A DNA stretch of 61,885 bases, filler included, from Chiloscyllium plagiosum (taxonomy: Eukaryota), in the NCBI RefSeq assembly GCF_004010195.1. It is 3 parts of one record of this genome, joined end to end, with 100 filler letters (N's around TTAATTAATTAA, not from the genome) between each part and the next. Parts side by side here need not be neighbours in the genome. Positions count along the whole stretch, not along the records: positions 56,885 to 61,885 come from NC_057712.1; 2 more parts are not named here. The stretch is one strand, 5' to 3'. Positions within the stretch are counted from its first letter, which is position 1; every line of letters begins with the position of its first letter. A program made the translations under genes and the position numbers. The notes beneath the pieces were generated by a model. That model was not told the DNA's origin and ran no database searches. It saw nothing but the letters and a program-made list of their open reading frames with translations. Below, piece by piece: positions 59,991 through 61,885 of this stretch.

Positions 59991-60819
59991 AAGTGCATGG
60001 CTGGGGTCTGCTAGGAGTAAATAACACTGACAATCTGCCCTGGGCCATCCACATCAATATTTCGGTCAAGAAAGCACACCAATGCTTCTACTTCCTCAGA
60101 AGGCTAAGGAAGTTCAGCATATCCATAATGACTCTTACCAATTTTTATAGATGCACCATAGAAAGCATCCTATCTGGATGCATCACAGCTTGGTACGGCA
60201 AAGACCACAAGAAATTACCGAGAGTTGTGAGAGTCCATGACACAAACCAGCCGTCTGTCCATTGACTCCATCTATACTTTCCATTACCTCAGAAAGAAAC
60301 CAGCATAGTTAAAGACTCCTCCCGATCCAGTTACACTCTCTTCCACCCTCTTCCATCAGGCAGAAAATGAAAAAGCTGGAAAACACGCAAGAACAGATTA
60401 AAGAACAGCTTCTTCCCAGCTGTTATCAGAATTTTGCACCGATCTCTCATGTTCTAAAGCTGATTTTTTTCTGAACCTTCTCAGTAGCTATAACACTGTA
60501 TTCTGTTCTTTTACCCTGATGTACTTATGTAAGGTATGATTTGCCGAGATGCACACAAAACAACACTTTTCACAAAATCTCAGCATGTGAAAATAATAAA
60601 TCAACTCAAATCAAATCATACCCACTAGTCACTAAATTCAGGTCTCTCACTCCTACTTTCTATTCCTAGCATACCACAATGATAAAAAGTGAGTTTTTAT
60701 TGCAAAAATATACTTTATTCATAACAGTTTACAGTTGCTGCAGTAGTTCGGTGCAGTTTTTGCAACCAAACATTGGAATTTGGCATTCCCTTCCATTGTT
60801 TTTCATCATTTAAATAAAC

Positions 60820-61642
60820 ATTTTCGATGTGAATATAAGTATAATTAGTAAGTTTGTCAATGACGCAAAAATTGGAGCTGTAGTGAACACCTCAGAGTAC
60901 AATGGGATCTTGATCAGATGAGCAATGGGCCGAGGAGTGGCAGATGGAGTTTAATTCAGATAACTGCGAGCTGCTGCATTTTGAAAGGCAAATCAGGACA
61001 GGACTTGCATACTTAATAGAGTCATAGAGTCATAGAGATGTACAGCATGGAAACAGACCCTTTTGTCCAACCCGTCCATGCCGATCAGGTATCCCAACCC
61101 AATCTAGTCCCACCTGCCTGCACCTGGCCCATATCTCTCCAAACCCTTCCTATTCATATACCCATCCAAATGCCTCTTAAATGTTGCAGTTGTACCAGCC
61201 TCCACCACTTCCTCTGGCAGCTCATTCCATACATGTACCACCCTCTGTGTGGAAAAGTTGCCCCGTAAGTCTCTTTTATATCTTTCTCCTCTCACCCTAA
61301 ATCTAAGCCCTGGACTCCCCAACTTTGGTGTGATAAAGCATAAAGGCAAAGTAATATTTAAATGGTGATATATTAGGAAATATGAATAGGATCTTGATGT
61401 CCTTGTACATTAGTCAATGGTCATGGATGGAAAGATGAGGCAAGCAATTAGGAGAGCAAATGGTATATTGGCCTTCGTTGCAAGAGGATTTGAATACAGA
61501 AATAGAGATGCCTTATTGTAGTTATATAGAACCTTAGTGAGAACACACATCTTTAACTATGTGCAGTTTTGGTTTCCTTACCTAAGAGAGGACATACTTG
61601 CCAAGAGGGAGTACAGAAGATTCTCTAGGCTAATACCAGGAA
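60820..61642. mobile_element. Cluster of CR1 fragments (plus 60820-61017, minus 61018-61320, plus 61320-61642)
   Basis: RGERYKRDLRGNFSTQRVVHVWNELP with a (ctatgact)n tail on the minus strand; YVQFWFPYLREDIL on the plus strand. Confidence 0.85.
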
Positions 61643-61885
61643 TCTGGATCAGTGGTGCTGGAAGAGCACAGCAGTTCAGGCAGCATCCGAAAAGCTTCGA
61701 AATCGACGTTTCGGGCAAAAGCCCTTCATCAGGAATAAAGGCAGAGAGCCTGAAGCGTGGAGAGATAAGCTAGAGGAGGGTGGGGGTGGGGATAGAGTAG
61801 CATAGAGTACAATAGGTCAGTGGGGGAGGAGATGAAGGTGATAGGTCAGGGAGGAGAGGGTGGAGTGGATAGGTGGAAAAGGAGC
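61643..61885 (-). mobile_element. PLE family A 3' end, truncated by the window end
   Basis: Terminal module and UTR homologous to 54680-55000. Confidence 0.85.
61701..61736 (-). ncRNA. Minimal hammerhead ribozyme motif (PLE family A), intact core
   Basis: Minus strand: auuc CUGAUGA a gggc uuuu gccc GAAA cg UC gauu. Confidence 0.75.

Larger units (their letters stand above)
57225..60612 (+). mobile_element. Rex1/Babar-type LINE (RT region to 3' tail), interrupted by a CR1 (57645-57925) and an antisense Rex copy
   Basis: [18 protein letters not shown]...[18 protein letters not shown]. It resumes at about 60005 with KKAHQCFYFLRRLRKF...FYRCTIESILSGCITAWYG and ends in a (tcaaa)n tail. Confidence 0.85.

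Overview
Repeat-dominated genomic DNA from a cartilaginous fish. The assignment rests on HE1-type V-SINEs, a Deu-domain SINE and shark-type CR1 LINEs; the species cannot be determined from this window. There are four assembly gaps, two of which carry an artificial TTAATTAATTAA spacer. The only host coding sequence I recognise is the terminal exon of a BRD3-like BET gene (minus strand, 9557-9684). There is also a CpG-rich candidate first exon near 53.1-53.3 kb and a few weak exon candidates. The rest is CR1, CR1/L2-like and Rex1/Babar LINE fragments, at least three Penelope-like element (PLE, GIY-YIG) families, SINEs, Tigger-like MITEs, one probable LTR, several minisatellites and a ~9.4 kb CpG-rich satellite that generates most of the spurious ORF track. 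The most striking unannotated signal is a dense set (about 18 intact or degenerate) of minimal hammerhead ribozyme motifs, CUGANGA-stem II-GAAA-palindromic stem III-UH, in the PLE termini. They fall into three sequence families. Several occur as 75-130 bp TSD-flanked solo modules, or as head-to-head palindromes whose breakpoints lie at the ribozyme's 5' edge. Element boundaries were read by eye and are approximate unless a TSD or splice site is quoted.
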